A DNA stretch of 52,200 nucleotides, the filler included, from Bipalium vagum (Eukaryota): assembly GCA_037834085.1 (NCBI GenBank). It is 2 parts of 2 records of this genome, joined end to end, with 100 filler letters (N's around TTAATTAATTAA, not from the genome) between each part and the next. Parts side by side here need not be neighbours in the genome. Positions count along the whole stretch, not along the records: positions 1 to 25,995 come from JBBMKC010166737.1; 1 more part is not named here. One strand, written 5' to 3'. Shown in pieces: positions 1 through 12,069 of this stretch. Numbering within the stretch: position 1 is the first letter of the stretch; the number at the start of each line of letters is the position of its first letter. Below the pieces are notes generated by a model, which was given only the letters and a program-made list of their open reading frames with translations, searched no databases and was not told the origin of the DNA. Made by a program: the position numbers and the translations under genes.

Positions 1-615
1 AATATGGTTTTTAAAAATATTGAAAGTAATGGCAGGGACCAAACTTTGTCCAGATTTATAGGCGTCACATGTTAGATTTATTTAAATATCAAAGTTTAGC
101 AGGAACATCATGTATAAAATTACCATTTAATTCTCAATATATAGTAAATATTAAAAATTATGATCAATGTTTTGATTATATTTTATTAGCGTATTTATAT
201 CCAACAGAAAATCATTGTGATAAAGTTTCTGATTATGCAAATTACATAAATAAATTAGATTTGAAAAATATTAAGTTTCAAATGAAAATCAATGATATTA
301 AAAAAAATTAATAAAGAAAATAATTTTTTGTAAATGTTTTGAAAAAATAGAATTCATTGAAGACTCATGAGATGAAATCGAATTAAATGAAATCTCTTAA
401 ACCAAAAGTAAATTTATCAATAAAAAGAGAACATTTTAGTTTCAAATCAAATTAAGTAATAAGAAAATTTAATTTTTAAAATATCATAATCATTATGTTT
501 TATGTAGAAATATGAACATATATTCAAAAAATTATCTTTCAAATTATCTCTGCTTAAACTGCTTTTATTCTTATCATTCTGAAGATTTATTAAATGATCA
601 TAGAAATATTTAAAG
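1..615 (+). mobile_element. Polinton/Maverick (adintovirus-like) protein-primed DNA polymerase B, N-terminal region, degenerate fragment
   Basis: ORF 69-311 (LFKYQSLAGTSCIKLP..IVNIKNYDQCF..ILLAYLYP..DKVSDY..KLDLKNIKFQMKINDIKK) and a downstream frame at ~482-613 (NHYVLCRNMN..YLCLNCFYSY..EDLLNDH). These match the recalled Polinton pPolB N-terminal pattern Y.PL.GSSYI.LP..IN.KN.D.KCF...HY....C..C..F. Interrupted by stops and frameshifts. Confidence 0.65.
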
Positions 616-1939
616 AATAAAAATTAATATTTTATGAATCAAAATGAAAAACCAATAATTAATGAAAAAAATTAAAATTTGACATTTGAAATTTGAAAAA
701 ATGTGATAGTAGTGGAGAAATGAAGGATTACTTTGATTTGAATTATTTATTTTGATGTTTCTTTGGTTAATCATTTGATTTGTGTTTTGGAAAATTCATT
801 GATTAATTAATTGCTTTTGAATCATTTTTTTCTTTTTACGATTTGACCATTGTCTTCATTATATCATTTTGTATATTTTCATTAATAATTAATAATCGAT
901 TATTGATTTTGTTGATACCTTGGCCATTTGTGATAGTCTGTGTTGACATATTTGACGATTAATGTTAATTGATTGAGATCTTACAGTACAGTGATTGTAG
1001 CAAAGTGTGACAAAATAATAAAGTTTATTGTGATTATTTTCATTCATTTCTAGAAGATCACATTAGCACCATAAGTGACATGGTCAAAAAATTGTGAAAT
1101 CGAGATTAAACTAACAGTATTATTGTTAAAATTTAAGTGAGTAAACTGGCACTGGACTGTTATAAATACATATTTCTAAATTGATTTTTATTGATCTAAT
1201 AATTCAGGTTGATTTTAACATATAGAATAATTACCAATACTTCTCAATTTTTATACTTCTTTGTAAATTTCATATTCAGGTATTTTACTATCAAGATTTA
1301 ACCCAAAAATTTTTTTTTGTTAACTGTTATCGATTTATCTTTTATTATATGTAATTTACTATATACACTCTTTGACAAATTATTTGCCTACTGTATATTA
1401 GAATGAATATAGAGTGTATCTTTCAGGAATTTGATGACGCAAAGCTGAAAATTATATTTTTCTAAAGATCAAGGAATAAAAAGAGATTTTTTATTTTTCT
1501 TACATGAATGCTGGTTACATGGATTATATAAAAATATCACCCTTAAAAAACTTCACTTTTTATTTGACTTTCTTCAGTCAACTCTCGATGGGAACGTATA
1601 TCATAAAACAACTGGTTCTTTGTGCATTATTTTTATAACTTCAGAAGCTTTTACTTGATTTTTTGTACTTAGTTGATATGAGATTCGATTCCAGTGTCAA
1701 TTCGTTATTGAAAATCTATTTTCGAAAATTCTGTGTTTGAATCATGATATTAGATGGTCGCTGGTTCATCATTCTTGTCATACAAAATAATGATGATATT
1801 ACAAAGGCAAGATCCCGAAGGCACATGGGTGGCATTGCTATGTCGGTGACTTAAAGATCAAAGTCTTTGGTGTTCTAGTGTAGTGTGTTAGAGGTAAACC
1901 CTCTTCAGGATACTCCCACTTAGAGTCAGAGCATATCAG

Positions 1940-2150
1940 AAAGTTTCCCATCTCGTTAATTTGTTTTAAGGACCATCATAAAAAACTAAATTTCTACATT
2001 GTCCTTTATAATGGACTGGGACTCTGCTCGACACAAATCTTGTTACTAAACATTTCTGTTCGTGTTCGTCTTAACGTATTCTCAAGGTCCTTAAATAAAT
2101 CAACAGCCTCCACCGACTCCAACTTATTAGTTCCAATTTTAAAATATACT
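1940..2150 (-). mobile_element. Possible non-LTR retrotransposon RT thumb fragment
   Basis: Minus strand reads YFKIGTNKLESVEAVDLFKDLENTL, resembling the F.IG..I..V...FKYLG motif of LINE reverse transcriptases. Short and degenerate. Confidence 0.3.
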
Positions 2151-3019
2151 TATATTTCAGTTACACTTTATTCATTTAATTGACTATTTGCTTGTTACTT
2201 TATTAAGTTATATTGATGGTCCTCGCCAATTTTGATTTTTTGGTTTGAAACATTTAATTGTATTGTGTTAATAAACTTGAGATCATCCATTAACTTTGAT
2301 TGTGTTAAGTGAATAAAGTTTTATTTTGATTCAATTCTAGTCGAACAGGTTATTGACTAAAGTGAGAGTAAAAATTACAGCTTACATAGTAGTAAAACGT
2401 AAAAAATTTTTCAAGTCCAGCTTCAATTTAATTGTAAAAGATAAGATAAATTTTCAAAATACTTTAAAATGAACCATAGCCAGAATTTTTGTTTCAAAAC
2501 TTTTTATCAACTGTTCACTAGAAAAACCTGTTTAATAATTATTTGTTGACCTTAAATAATTTTAAAATAAACATTTAATAACATGATCATAGTATATAAA
2601 ATTTATAAATTCAAGATAAGCAAACATACAACCTTTTAATGATTCATGAATATTATTTCATATATTGTTAATCAATAATTACAGATAAAAGACATTTAAG
2701 CAATTGTCTTCCAAATGGATTTACGTTGAAAGTATCTGTGGGATATAAACATCGATTAGGCAATTATAGATCATAACCAGAATTTTCTTAATTTTACTTA
2801 CAGCACCAAATATTAGGAAATTCTTAAATTTAACTCAAAATTCTTGAAATAAACCGAAAAGGAATCTTTTAACCCCATAAGAATATAAATTAAAAGCAAG
2901 AATTCATTATATATTGTATTTGTTTTCACTTTTGATCACATGAAAATTGATTTTCATTAGTTGCTTGAGAATCCTGATGAGTATTTATCAGCATTATTGA
3001 TTCACCTTTCATTTTCCGA

Positions 3020-4652
3020 TACATGGCCATTTCGTGTGGAAATATATCCGATATTTCACTGATAAGTAAATGCCTAAATCTACTCAAGCTGTCTAATTGA
3101 CCTTTTACTTGCTCATTTTTTGCTAATGCCTTTTCGACACATTCTCTTGTGTATAATTGAGGATTACATCCATTGTCCTAGCAATTCTAACTTGCTCTCG
3201 TTTGCGCATCCTTATTTGTCTTTACTTTTAACCATCTTCGTATTTTGAAATCTGTGAAATAGATCTGCACTCATCACATTTATTCTCGCTCCTGTGTCCA
3301 AGAGACAATCAATTTCTATATCTTGTATCTTCAATGTGATACTTGTACACCCTTGCATCTTATGGCAAACGTATCTGCATTTTTCAACTCACCTATCGAC
3401 ATTATCTTCACAGAGTTCATCTCTTCCGGAATTCCGCTCAAAGTACTCATACAATTCATATTGTCCTTCTTTAAAAATTTATACACTTTATCATTCAGTC
3501 TCTTCCTTTTTTGCCTTTCTTCTACCTTTCCATGAAATATAATAGGAGATAAACTACTGATTATTATAATACGAGATAAGAGAAGATTTACGGCATTTTT
3601 CTAGTACATAGCTCCGACTAGCTCCCAATCTGTCGGAGATCTTCCTTTTGGGTGTATCTCGTAGTCATCGGAAATGTCACCATCATTCGTCAAGTATCAT
3701 TCACTGTCTTGGTCTCTTTTATCTTCAGCTATTGCATTGAGATACCGGTTATCACGAGAATAACTGGACTTTACGTTTCTATCTACCCGTGGTGTCCTCC
3801 TATCGTCTCGTCTTCTTTCTATATTTGTGTAGCAAACACTCTCCAAGTGTCCCTGTAGACCGCATAGATTACATTTCACAGAAGGACATTGTCTTCAATC
3901 GTGTCCTTCCACTCCACATGCAAAACAAGTCGGTTTCTTTCTCATATTGCAATTTCTACTTATGTGTCCGATCTTGTGACATGTCCAGCATTCCCTTTTA
4001 TTTGCAAAATCATTTCTGTTGATCATTCGTCGTACTTGTGGCTTTTCCATACATGTTTCCTCTCTTGGTCATGTAACACTAGTTAATGCTGACTTATAGG
4101 TCTGATATTGTCGAGTTCCTGGCTCGACAACTGCATTTATCTTCTCAATTTCAGTTCTACATTCGTCCATCTTCTTTATTGTCTTCTTCACTTCCTCTTC
4201 TCCTTTCACTTCCCGCATGCACAACTCTCTTTTAACTTCCGCGTCATTTGTACAGTGCACCAACAGAAGTTCTACTAATGACTTCTTATCTCACGTATGT
4301 GAAAGTAATTTATCGACCAGCTTTTTCACTTTTTCAAAATATTTTTCCGCTGGTTGATTTGATCTTTTGTAGTTGAGAGCTGCTTGTAGATCTTCTACCA
4401 TCAAACTTTTATTTTGAAACACTTTGAGAAGCTTTTCGTCAAAGTTCTTCAACTCCGCACTTATGGGTTCATAAACGGGGATTAATTCTTAATCCTAAAA
4501 CCCCACCACTAAAGTTGCCCTAGACGAATTCGGGATCTTCAATAACGCGAAATACCTTTCGCATTCTTTAATAAAATTGTCGAGGCCTTCTAAACTTCTC
4601 TGGCATCAGTCGGGCTGCTATAATGTCCAGATGATATTGGTGCGCTATGTTA
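3020..4652 (-). mobile_element. Ty3/Gypsy LTR retrotransposon remnant (gag + aspartic protease, truncated before RT)
   Basis: Minus strand: gag N-terminus DNFIKECERYF, two CCHC knuckles (CFACGVEGHD*RQC and CNLCGLQGHLESVC, ~3830-3935) and protease active site IDCLLDTGARINVMS (~3270-3313). The 5' end reads TAACA|TAGCGCACCAA, a likely LTR end plus degenerate PBS (4637-4652). Multiple stops. Confidence 0.85.
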
Positions 4653-5698
4653 GTTAGATATATATATATCGGTTGATAAATTATCAAGAGTCATTTCGAA
4701 ATTATATATTTTAATATAACAGTTATTCAAACAAAATAATTAATTAATTAAAATCATAAATATTTAAACTAATTAAAATTATTTAAAACATTTTAATCCT
4801 TAGTAACTGTTTTTTGTTATTCTCCACGTCAAATAGGTCAGAGAAACGAATTTTAATCTGAGGGCCTCTGAGAGTATATACCGAAAGGCATCCTGTCTTT
4901 TTCTTTCCTCCTTTTCCCGGGGTTCAATAGTGATCAAAATAGTGATCAAAATTGTAAAATTTTAATAATAACTTAATTTTATTAAAACATAGATTTTATC
5001 TTAAAAAGTGTATTATCCTATTAATTTCAATTTATTGTTTTAATCTTGGTATCTATAATACATTTTTAAAATATAATTTCTGAATAAAACCACTTTTTGA
5101 TTTATTGTTTATTAAAAATTTTTATATTCGATTCTGCGTTTGTTCCTTTTATCGATTAATTTTAACAGTATTTTGAACAAAAATTAGTCACCAAATCTTT
5201 TTCAATCTTTCACACTTTGAATATTGCACTTAAATATTTTAAGTGTACCCCTGACGCTACACGTTGATAAGTAAATCCTTCTGATACTATTTTATGTTAT
5301 GTATTAACAATGTTTCCATATCTGTTACATCCACATCAATTAATAAAACTTAACATTTATTATTATTGTTATTATCGACTTAAAATTCAATTTTTGATAT
5401 GTAAATGGATTTGATGCCACTTTATCTCATTAATCATACCAATATTTTATATTTCAGCTAATCAAAAATGAATTAAATTTAAATTAAGAACAATTATTTC
5501 GAAAAGCTTCAAAACTAATACCAACAAAATTTTAACATTAAAATTATTTGAATTGAGTAAATTTTAATGAATTCATTGATATTTTTTTTACAGATTTCAC
5601 AAGTTAAAATAAAGGGGAAAATGTAGTCAAATATAATTCTTGTAATAAAGTTCGACGCAGATAAATATAGTAAAATCAGAAAAATTAGTAAACTAAAG

Positions 5699-5767
5699 AT
5701 TGGTCACAGAATGATGTCAATATGATGATCTGCGATATCAATTACTGATTTCCAATGAAACCATTGG
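5699..5767 (+). promoter_or_regulatory. Putative FoxD proximal promoter: three CCAAT boxes and a CRE-like site
   Basis: ATTGG 5699-5703, TGATGTCA 5712-5719, CCAAT 5752-5756 and ATTGG 5763-5767, lying about 70-140 nt upstream of the ATG. Confidence 0.35.
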
Positions 5768-5835
5768 TGCGTGAAAATGCAACCATATTTTTATATCATT
5801 CCACAAATTAAATCTCCGCACATTTTAAACTAATA

Positions 5836-6291
5836 ATGAAATCTGAATTCAAATATAGCAAGCCTCCTTATTCCTATATAGCTTTAATTACAATGTCCAT
5901 ATTACATTCTAAAGAAAAAAGACTTACCCTTAACGAAATTTGTTCATTCATTATTAGAAACTTTCCCTATTATAGAGAAAGATTTCCATCTTGGCAAAAT
6001 TCGATAAGACATAATCTATCATTAAACGACTGTTTTGTCAAGCAACCACGTGAACCAGGAAGTAGTGGTAAAGGAAACTATTGGAATTTGGATCCTGCAG
6101 CGATAGGGATGTTTGAGAATGGAAGCTTCCTAAGACGGCGAACCAGATACAAAACTTCGAAAAAAGCCAATAAAAACAAATCGAATGAAAAAGAAAACAA
6201 CTTTCATCCATCCCAAGTTGATGAAAAATCAATATCTTCAACAGAAAGCAAAAAACACTTAGAATTTTCCATAGAAGCCTTATTAGAATGA
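5836..6291 (+). CDS. foxD: Forkhead box protein D, intronless, 151 aa
   Basis: Forkhead domain [64 protein letters not shown]....[11 protein letters not shown] has FoxD-diagnostic residues. C-terminal eh1 motif FSIEALL. In-frame upstream TAA at 5809-5811; AATAAA at 6490-6495. Confidence 0.93.
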   Translation: MKSEFKYSKPPYSYIALITMSILHSKEKRLTLNEICSFIIRNFPYYRERFPSWQNSIRHNLSLNDCFVKQPREPGSSGKGNYWNLDPAAIGMFENGSFLRRRTRYKTSKKANKNKSNEKENNFHPSQVDEKSISSTESKKHLEFSIEALLE

Positions 6292-8198
6292 ATTTGTATT
6301 GTAAATCAAATAATTAAAGGACCTTGATTTCTAAGTAGCAGACCATCACGACAGATAAGTCTTCCATTCATTCTGAAAATAATGTTTTGACATTTAGATT
6401 TCAAATTAAAATATGAAGCCTTTGATTCTTTTTAAAGGCTTCAATTTTCATCAATTGATATCATTTTTTTATTTTCCGAATATTGTATTAATAAATAAAT
6501 ATTAATTTATCGATTGACTTATTGATTTCCCTATATAATTATATTTTTTGAGATTAGATTTGTTGGAAATATTTTACTTAAAATAAAGTCTCAATCTTTA
6601 ATGATAACCTTATGTCATCATTTTTAACATTTTTTAAAATATTTAAAAATTATTTCTGATTGTTATTATATTAAAATTGGCGTCATGAGAATTATATTCT
6701 ATATATAAACATGTTATATTTTTATTTGGTTTTTGAATGGAGGACAATGGTTTTAATTTATAATTTTAAATGAATGAATATATTTTATTAATATTTATTT
6801 ATTATTTATTTTATTAATATTATATATATAATTATTTCTTTAAATTAATTAATTAGTTAATAATAATTATTATTTTTAAAAAATATCTGATTGAAGAATT
6901 AATTTAAATTGTTATATTAATTAATATAAAGACTAAAAAAATTTTATAAACGTAACAATTTTTTGAAGAGAAGTTTATAGTACTTTGCTAAAAATATAAA
7001 TAAATCACCTTAGGCTTTTGTATTATTTAACAAGAAGTTTCACTTTTTGAATTAAAAAAATATTTGTTTTTAAATTGAATTTTATATTTTATTTCTTTGG
7101 ATACCTTTAAATTAGTAAAACTCTTATTATAGTCTTTTCACAAAACAAAATTTTATATTTTTATAAATTATTGATCAGAACCGACTTTCTTCAACTTTAA
7201 TTTATGATTAAATATATTTTTATCTTTAAAAATAATGGGGTCTTAAATATATTTTTTGTTAGATAACGAAAATTGTAGTAATAACAATTAAAGAAAGTTT
7301 TTTAAGAATTTACAAAAAAATTTAAGTAGTTTTATTAAAAAAATTATTTAATAAATTAATGACATTTTGATACAATTTATTAAAACAAATATATATTCTT
7401 ATGATAAGGAAAAATTCAAAACATTTTCAGTCTTCATCATTATCAAAATAATTCATTTTAATTTTACATTTCTTTTCTTTTGTTTCATTTAAAATTTATT
7501 GCGATCCAAAACTTTGGTTGTTCTAAAGTCGAGGTTTAAGGTGATTTGTCTTTAGTATATGTAGATGGCCGTATTCTTAGGTTGTTTGGAAAGTATTTTC
7601 GCGTTTTTCTATACGATATTCCCTTCAAATTTAAAGGAATTTGGTGTCATTTAAATCATAATTTTAATATAATTTTTATTATTTGATGTTTAAGGTGTGA
7701 TTTATTTTAAGGGTTTGTTTGTGTATTTCAAAAATGTATTGTATTTTTAGGTTGCAGATAAAAATAATGGAAAATGGGTGTTGAAAAAAATTAAATTTTA
7801 GGTATTTTATTGTATTATTACCGAAAAGCTAAAAGTATCATATAATGAAGAAATAAATTGTGTATCTTGTGTGGAAAAGATGTGTTTACAGTTCACCAAT
7901 GCCCAAATCGGTTCCTAAAATTCCGTTTTAGGAATTCTCAAGATCTGGCAACCACAGACAATTTTTTCGGTTTTAAAAATTTTTTATACCGAAATTTTCA
8001 ATTCTGAGGATATCAAAAATAGCCTAAGTCAATCTTTGGAACTTTTATGAAAATGTAATCCTGGTTCTATCGGTGAAATGGCAGAAAGTGTTGGAATAAA
8101 ACTTTATGTAATGTAATAAGATACAAGTTTAGTATAAAAAAAGAATTTTGTTTTTCATACAAAAAAGAAAATAGTTTCAGAACAACCCAATATACATA

Positions 8199-9190
8199 TT
8201 CGGAGGTTCCATAACTTCTGTAGATATGTACTAAGACATTAAAATAAATAAGCAAGATAAAGAAAAGATAATAAATAATCTCCATCACTTTCAAAACTAA
8301 ATCTTCGTTTACAAACAAGATTTTCTATTCTTGATTTATAAGATCTTGAGGTTTCACTGTTCAAAAAGTAATCAAGGCCATTTTTATTACCTTCAAAGCA
8401 AGATTTTTTGTCATCAAATAGTGTTGCATCCATCTGATAAAATGATAATCAAAATGTATAACAACAGGCTCCATGGTTGCTGTCATACTAGTCATTTTCC
8501 ATCAAATTCACAAAGGTGGTTTATTTCCACTGAATGTACTGTTCAGGTTGACCCTTGATGACAGGGAACCCATTGTCTTCGCGTATAAGATTGTCATCAA
8601 AAAAATTATTATTTCCAATAAAAATCAGATCTAAAGTGAATCGTTCTGATAACTGACAATCATATGCAGATTGTTAGTCGCATAGATTTGTAGAAATCTG
8701 TCAATTAACGAAGGACTGAATTTCTAACTTTAGTGGTCTTGGATGACAAGAAGTTGTCACTCCATCCTAGCTTGTTACAGTTTCCATCTCAGTTCATTTT
8801 TGCAATGGATTTTCCTCAATGAATTGTTCCCATTGCCATCAGAAGGACATCACCAAAATCAAAATTTTCTTTAACTCTGAAAAAGTAGCACCGGTATGTT
8901 CTGAAGTCCAGTGCTTTAGAATATATTTCATTAACGTTGAAAGCTGCTTCAATACCTTTTTTCCTTTTCGTAATTCAGAGAGAATGAAATTTCGACCATT
9001 TTCTGTCATCGTTGATCATTTACCACCTTAGTACCACTTGTTTAATAGTTCTTAAATTTCCAAATAGTTAAAAAACAATATGGAAAATTAAAAAAAACTT
9101 GAATTGACTACATTGCTTTTTATACATGTTTATATATTATCATATTCATATACGTTAATGAAAAACGACAAAACTTATGAAACCGTCTAA
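8199..9190 (-). mobile_element. Degenerate, internally deleted mariner element
   Basis: Imperfect TIRs TTCGGAGGTTCCATAACTTCTGTAG and reverse-complement TTAGACGGTTTCATAAGTTTTGTCG. Minus-strand remnants DYHFIRWMQHYL and LDYFLNSETSRSYKSRIENL..ESDGDYL match the mariner C-terminus; N-terminus ILSELRKGKK. Confidence 0.75.
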
Positions 9191-11439
9191 CATATATTAA
9201 TATAATATAATACTTTTTAATATTACTTACATTAAAAGAAATACAATGCATATTTTATTATAAATGAAAATTGTAAAAGGTACTTTCATTTTTAAAGTTT
9301 AAATTGTAAAATGTACTTGAGTTCAGAATTCAGAAATTCCGATAATACATTTACATTAATGAAATATTTATTTGTTTTAATGGAACCAAATAAACATAAC
9401 ATTTCAATAACTGATATTTATTTATTTTTTCGATTTAGATATTATGATTATATTACGACCAAATTTATCTGAAAACCATAGCATCTACGTTTTGAATTTA
9501 TGATAAAAAATCTTCATAATTCTTGAACAATTAAAATCTAAAAATAATGTCATCAGTAATAATAATAATTTTTGTATTTAATTTTTTAAGATTAAATAAG
9601 TAGTGGCATCTTTAGATTAGATTATAAAAAGTTCAAATCTCATTCTCCCAACCAATAAAATCTATTCAGTAAATCTCAGAACAAAACATCTAAAAAACCC
9701 TTAATTTTTTCAGCGAATAAATCTGTTTGTTTTAATAAACGGAACTCATTACAAAATTTTCTAAAATTATTTAATCATTAAAGGGAAGTTTATTAGTTGA
9801 AGATTATTTTTTCAATTGATCGAGAAAAACCACTGTCACTTTCAATATTGGAATAATCAATGTACCTTAAATTTAGCTCTCATTTATTAATTATTATATT
9901 ATTTTTTTTAAAAATGAAAAAATTAATTATTTTACTTTTAAATTTATTCTTTGTATTTATCATTTTTAGGCTTCATTTTATTTTTATTAACACAAATTAA
10001 TCAATTTTTTATTCAATATAAATTTTTATTTATAAACATAACCGCAAGTTACATCAATAAATATAGTTATTATTAACAATTATTATTAGATTATTCATAG
10101 TAATTAAGTTTAACAATTATTGGTCAGATTTAAAGACTGTTCAATGAAATCAACAAATATTATTTGATATAGCTAAGAAAGTTTCAAAAGACTATTAATA
10201 ATTTTATAAATATTTACCAGATTATTTGGTAACCAGGAACACTTCCCATGAAAATTTAAATTTTTGAGTCTTGTTCAGATATATTTTATTTATTTAACTT
10301 AAAAATTATTTATTCATATTTTATTAATACAAGACTGAATATTGACATTTCTTTGGAAATTTGTTCTTATCAATCTATGTAAGCCTAACTCTGAAAAGGC
10401 ATCATAATTCTAATGTCAGATTCATTTGATTTCATTACCAGGTGTTACTGAAAGGTTTCTTTAAAGTAACGCACTAGGATTATATTTTTATCAATTAAAA
10501 CAAATTAATTTTTACATATGAAATTTTGAGTAAAACCCATAAATCAGCTTTGGTGATTGTTATGGAAACAATTGTCAGCCTGAACAGCTTAACATTTGTT
10601 AATTACAGCATTCATAATTCTTAATTATTTTACCATTCTTCATGACGAACAAGCCGTATGTCGGCTTTCGGTCTAGCAATCATGCCAGCTTTCAGAAATA
10701 TACACGATTATAAACAAAACAAAAACAGATGGCGCAGTAATTCAATGCTGACCAAATATCTTTAAGGGAATACAAAAAATTGATCACAGTAGTTTCATCA
10801 CTTGTGTTATCATACATGTCTAATGACTATTCTGACATTTTCATTACTGATTCTGTGTTACTAGAAGGTGTTAAACGGATCATACAAGTGAAACCTCAGT
10901 AATTAGTGTGAGATAATAACGGACAAGATAACAATGTTGTTGGTGATATTTTCTAAATCTGCAATGAAAACCGAAAGAAACAATTCGTAGACTGCAGAAT
11001 ATTAAATATTTAGATTTATTTAATGTTCTGCACTAATATAATGCTTAGCCTAAACTGGTAAAAATGCATAAATTGAATATTTTTTAATAATTATTAATTC
11101 AATTAATTAATTATTTAATTCACTTTTTATTCATAATAATAATTTTAGAAAATATTATAATATAATCAAATGATATATACATAGGTATATAATATTTTTT
11201 GTGTCTTATAATTTTTTGAAATTGAAGTGTTGCATTGAAAATTAGTTTTTTTAGGACAGAATATTTAAACTCTTTTTCACATTGACTCTCTGATAAGAAT
11301 TGATATCCTAAAGCAAAATATTGTTTATTTCTAAAAGTTTTTGTAAAATCTTGGCACCAGAAGCAGCTCTAATAGTTAATGAAAATCAATTAACAAAAAT
11401 AATTTAGGTTATTATACTTTTGTTTTTTCTCTTGTACAG

Positions 11440-11876
11440 GTTAATCTTGGGGAAGCTCCCGGTAAACTTCCATTAAAGGTAGCTTCAGGAATTATATTTA
11501 ATGTAAACAAATGTCTTACGGCTGATACAGAATATCAAAATTCTTCGTTCGAAAATATCGTAAGAAATATGGGATGATTTTATGAGGTTAAGAATATCGA
11601 ATTGGAACTTTAGGTAGCCTAACAAAATATTTGCTATCAGAAGGTTTTATAGAGTGTAATTCGGAACTAATATGGATAAAATTACTAAAAACTACACAAT
11701 GAAAAATCAAATTGAGAAAAAATCGATTAATGACGAATATGTTTGTTGGTAAAAGCTGATAAATAATTATTACAAATTTAATTAATAAGAATCTCTGAAA
11801 ATCCTTTCACAGTTATCTTTTAAGCTGTGGAAAGACCCTGAGACAGTTTACCAGCTCTAACCGCTTTCAAACTTAG
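11440..11876 (+). pseudogene. Orphan spliced gene remnant, unidentified product
   Basis: Strong acceptor TTTTTCTCTTGTACAG before an open 120-nt exon (11440-11559) ending at GTAAG. Candidate exon 11618-11748 has one in-frame TAA; candidate exon 11813-11876 follows. Phases are compatible with introns of 58 and 64 nt. Confidence 0.35.
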
Positions 11877-12069
11877 GGTCATGCTATTTTAAAAATTATT
11901 TTGTATCCAGTTTGAATTTTTACCTAATTTTGTATTCCTTTTTAAATTATTTTTTACTTTAAATTCTATTTTTAGTAAGTCAGCTTTTCCATTTTTAAAT
12001 TATACATTTTATTTACAATTACAATACTTTATATATTTAATTACAATATTTTATTTACATTTACAATAT

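Noticed and set aside
2972-3000. CTGATGAG hammerhead half-core
   Set aside because: No stem II or GAAA follows.
3294-4086. Plus-strand ORFs
   Set aside because: They are antisense shadows of the Gypsy gag-protease.
4863-4898. Hammerhead-like CTGAGAGTATATACCGAAAGGCATCCTG
   Set aside because: The core lacks one base (CUGAGA), there is no stem I, and the cleavage position would be G.
10651-10676. Hairpin AAGCCG-TATGT-CGGCTT followed by CTAG, a possible Helitron 3' end
   Set aside because: The spacing is only 5 nt, CTAG is followed by C rather than T, and no 5' end was found.
11823-11880. Possible RNA pseudoknot (GACCCTGAG/CTTAGGGTC plus AGCTG/CAGCT)
   Set aside because: The first stem is interrupted, there is no first loop, it matches no known motif, and it overlaps a candidate exon.
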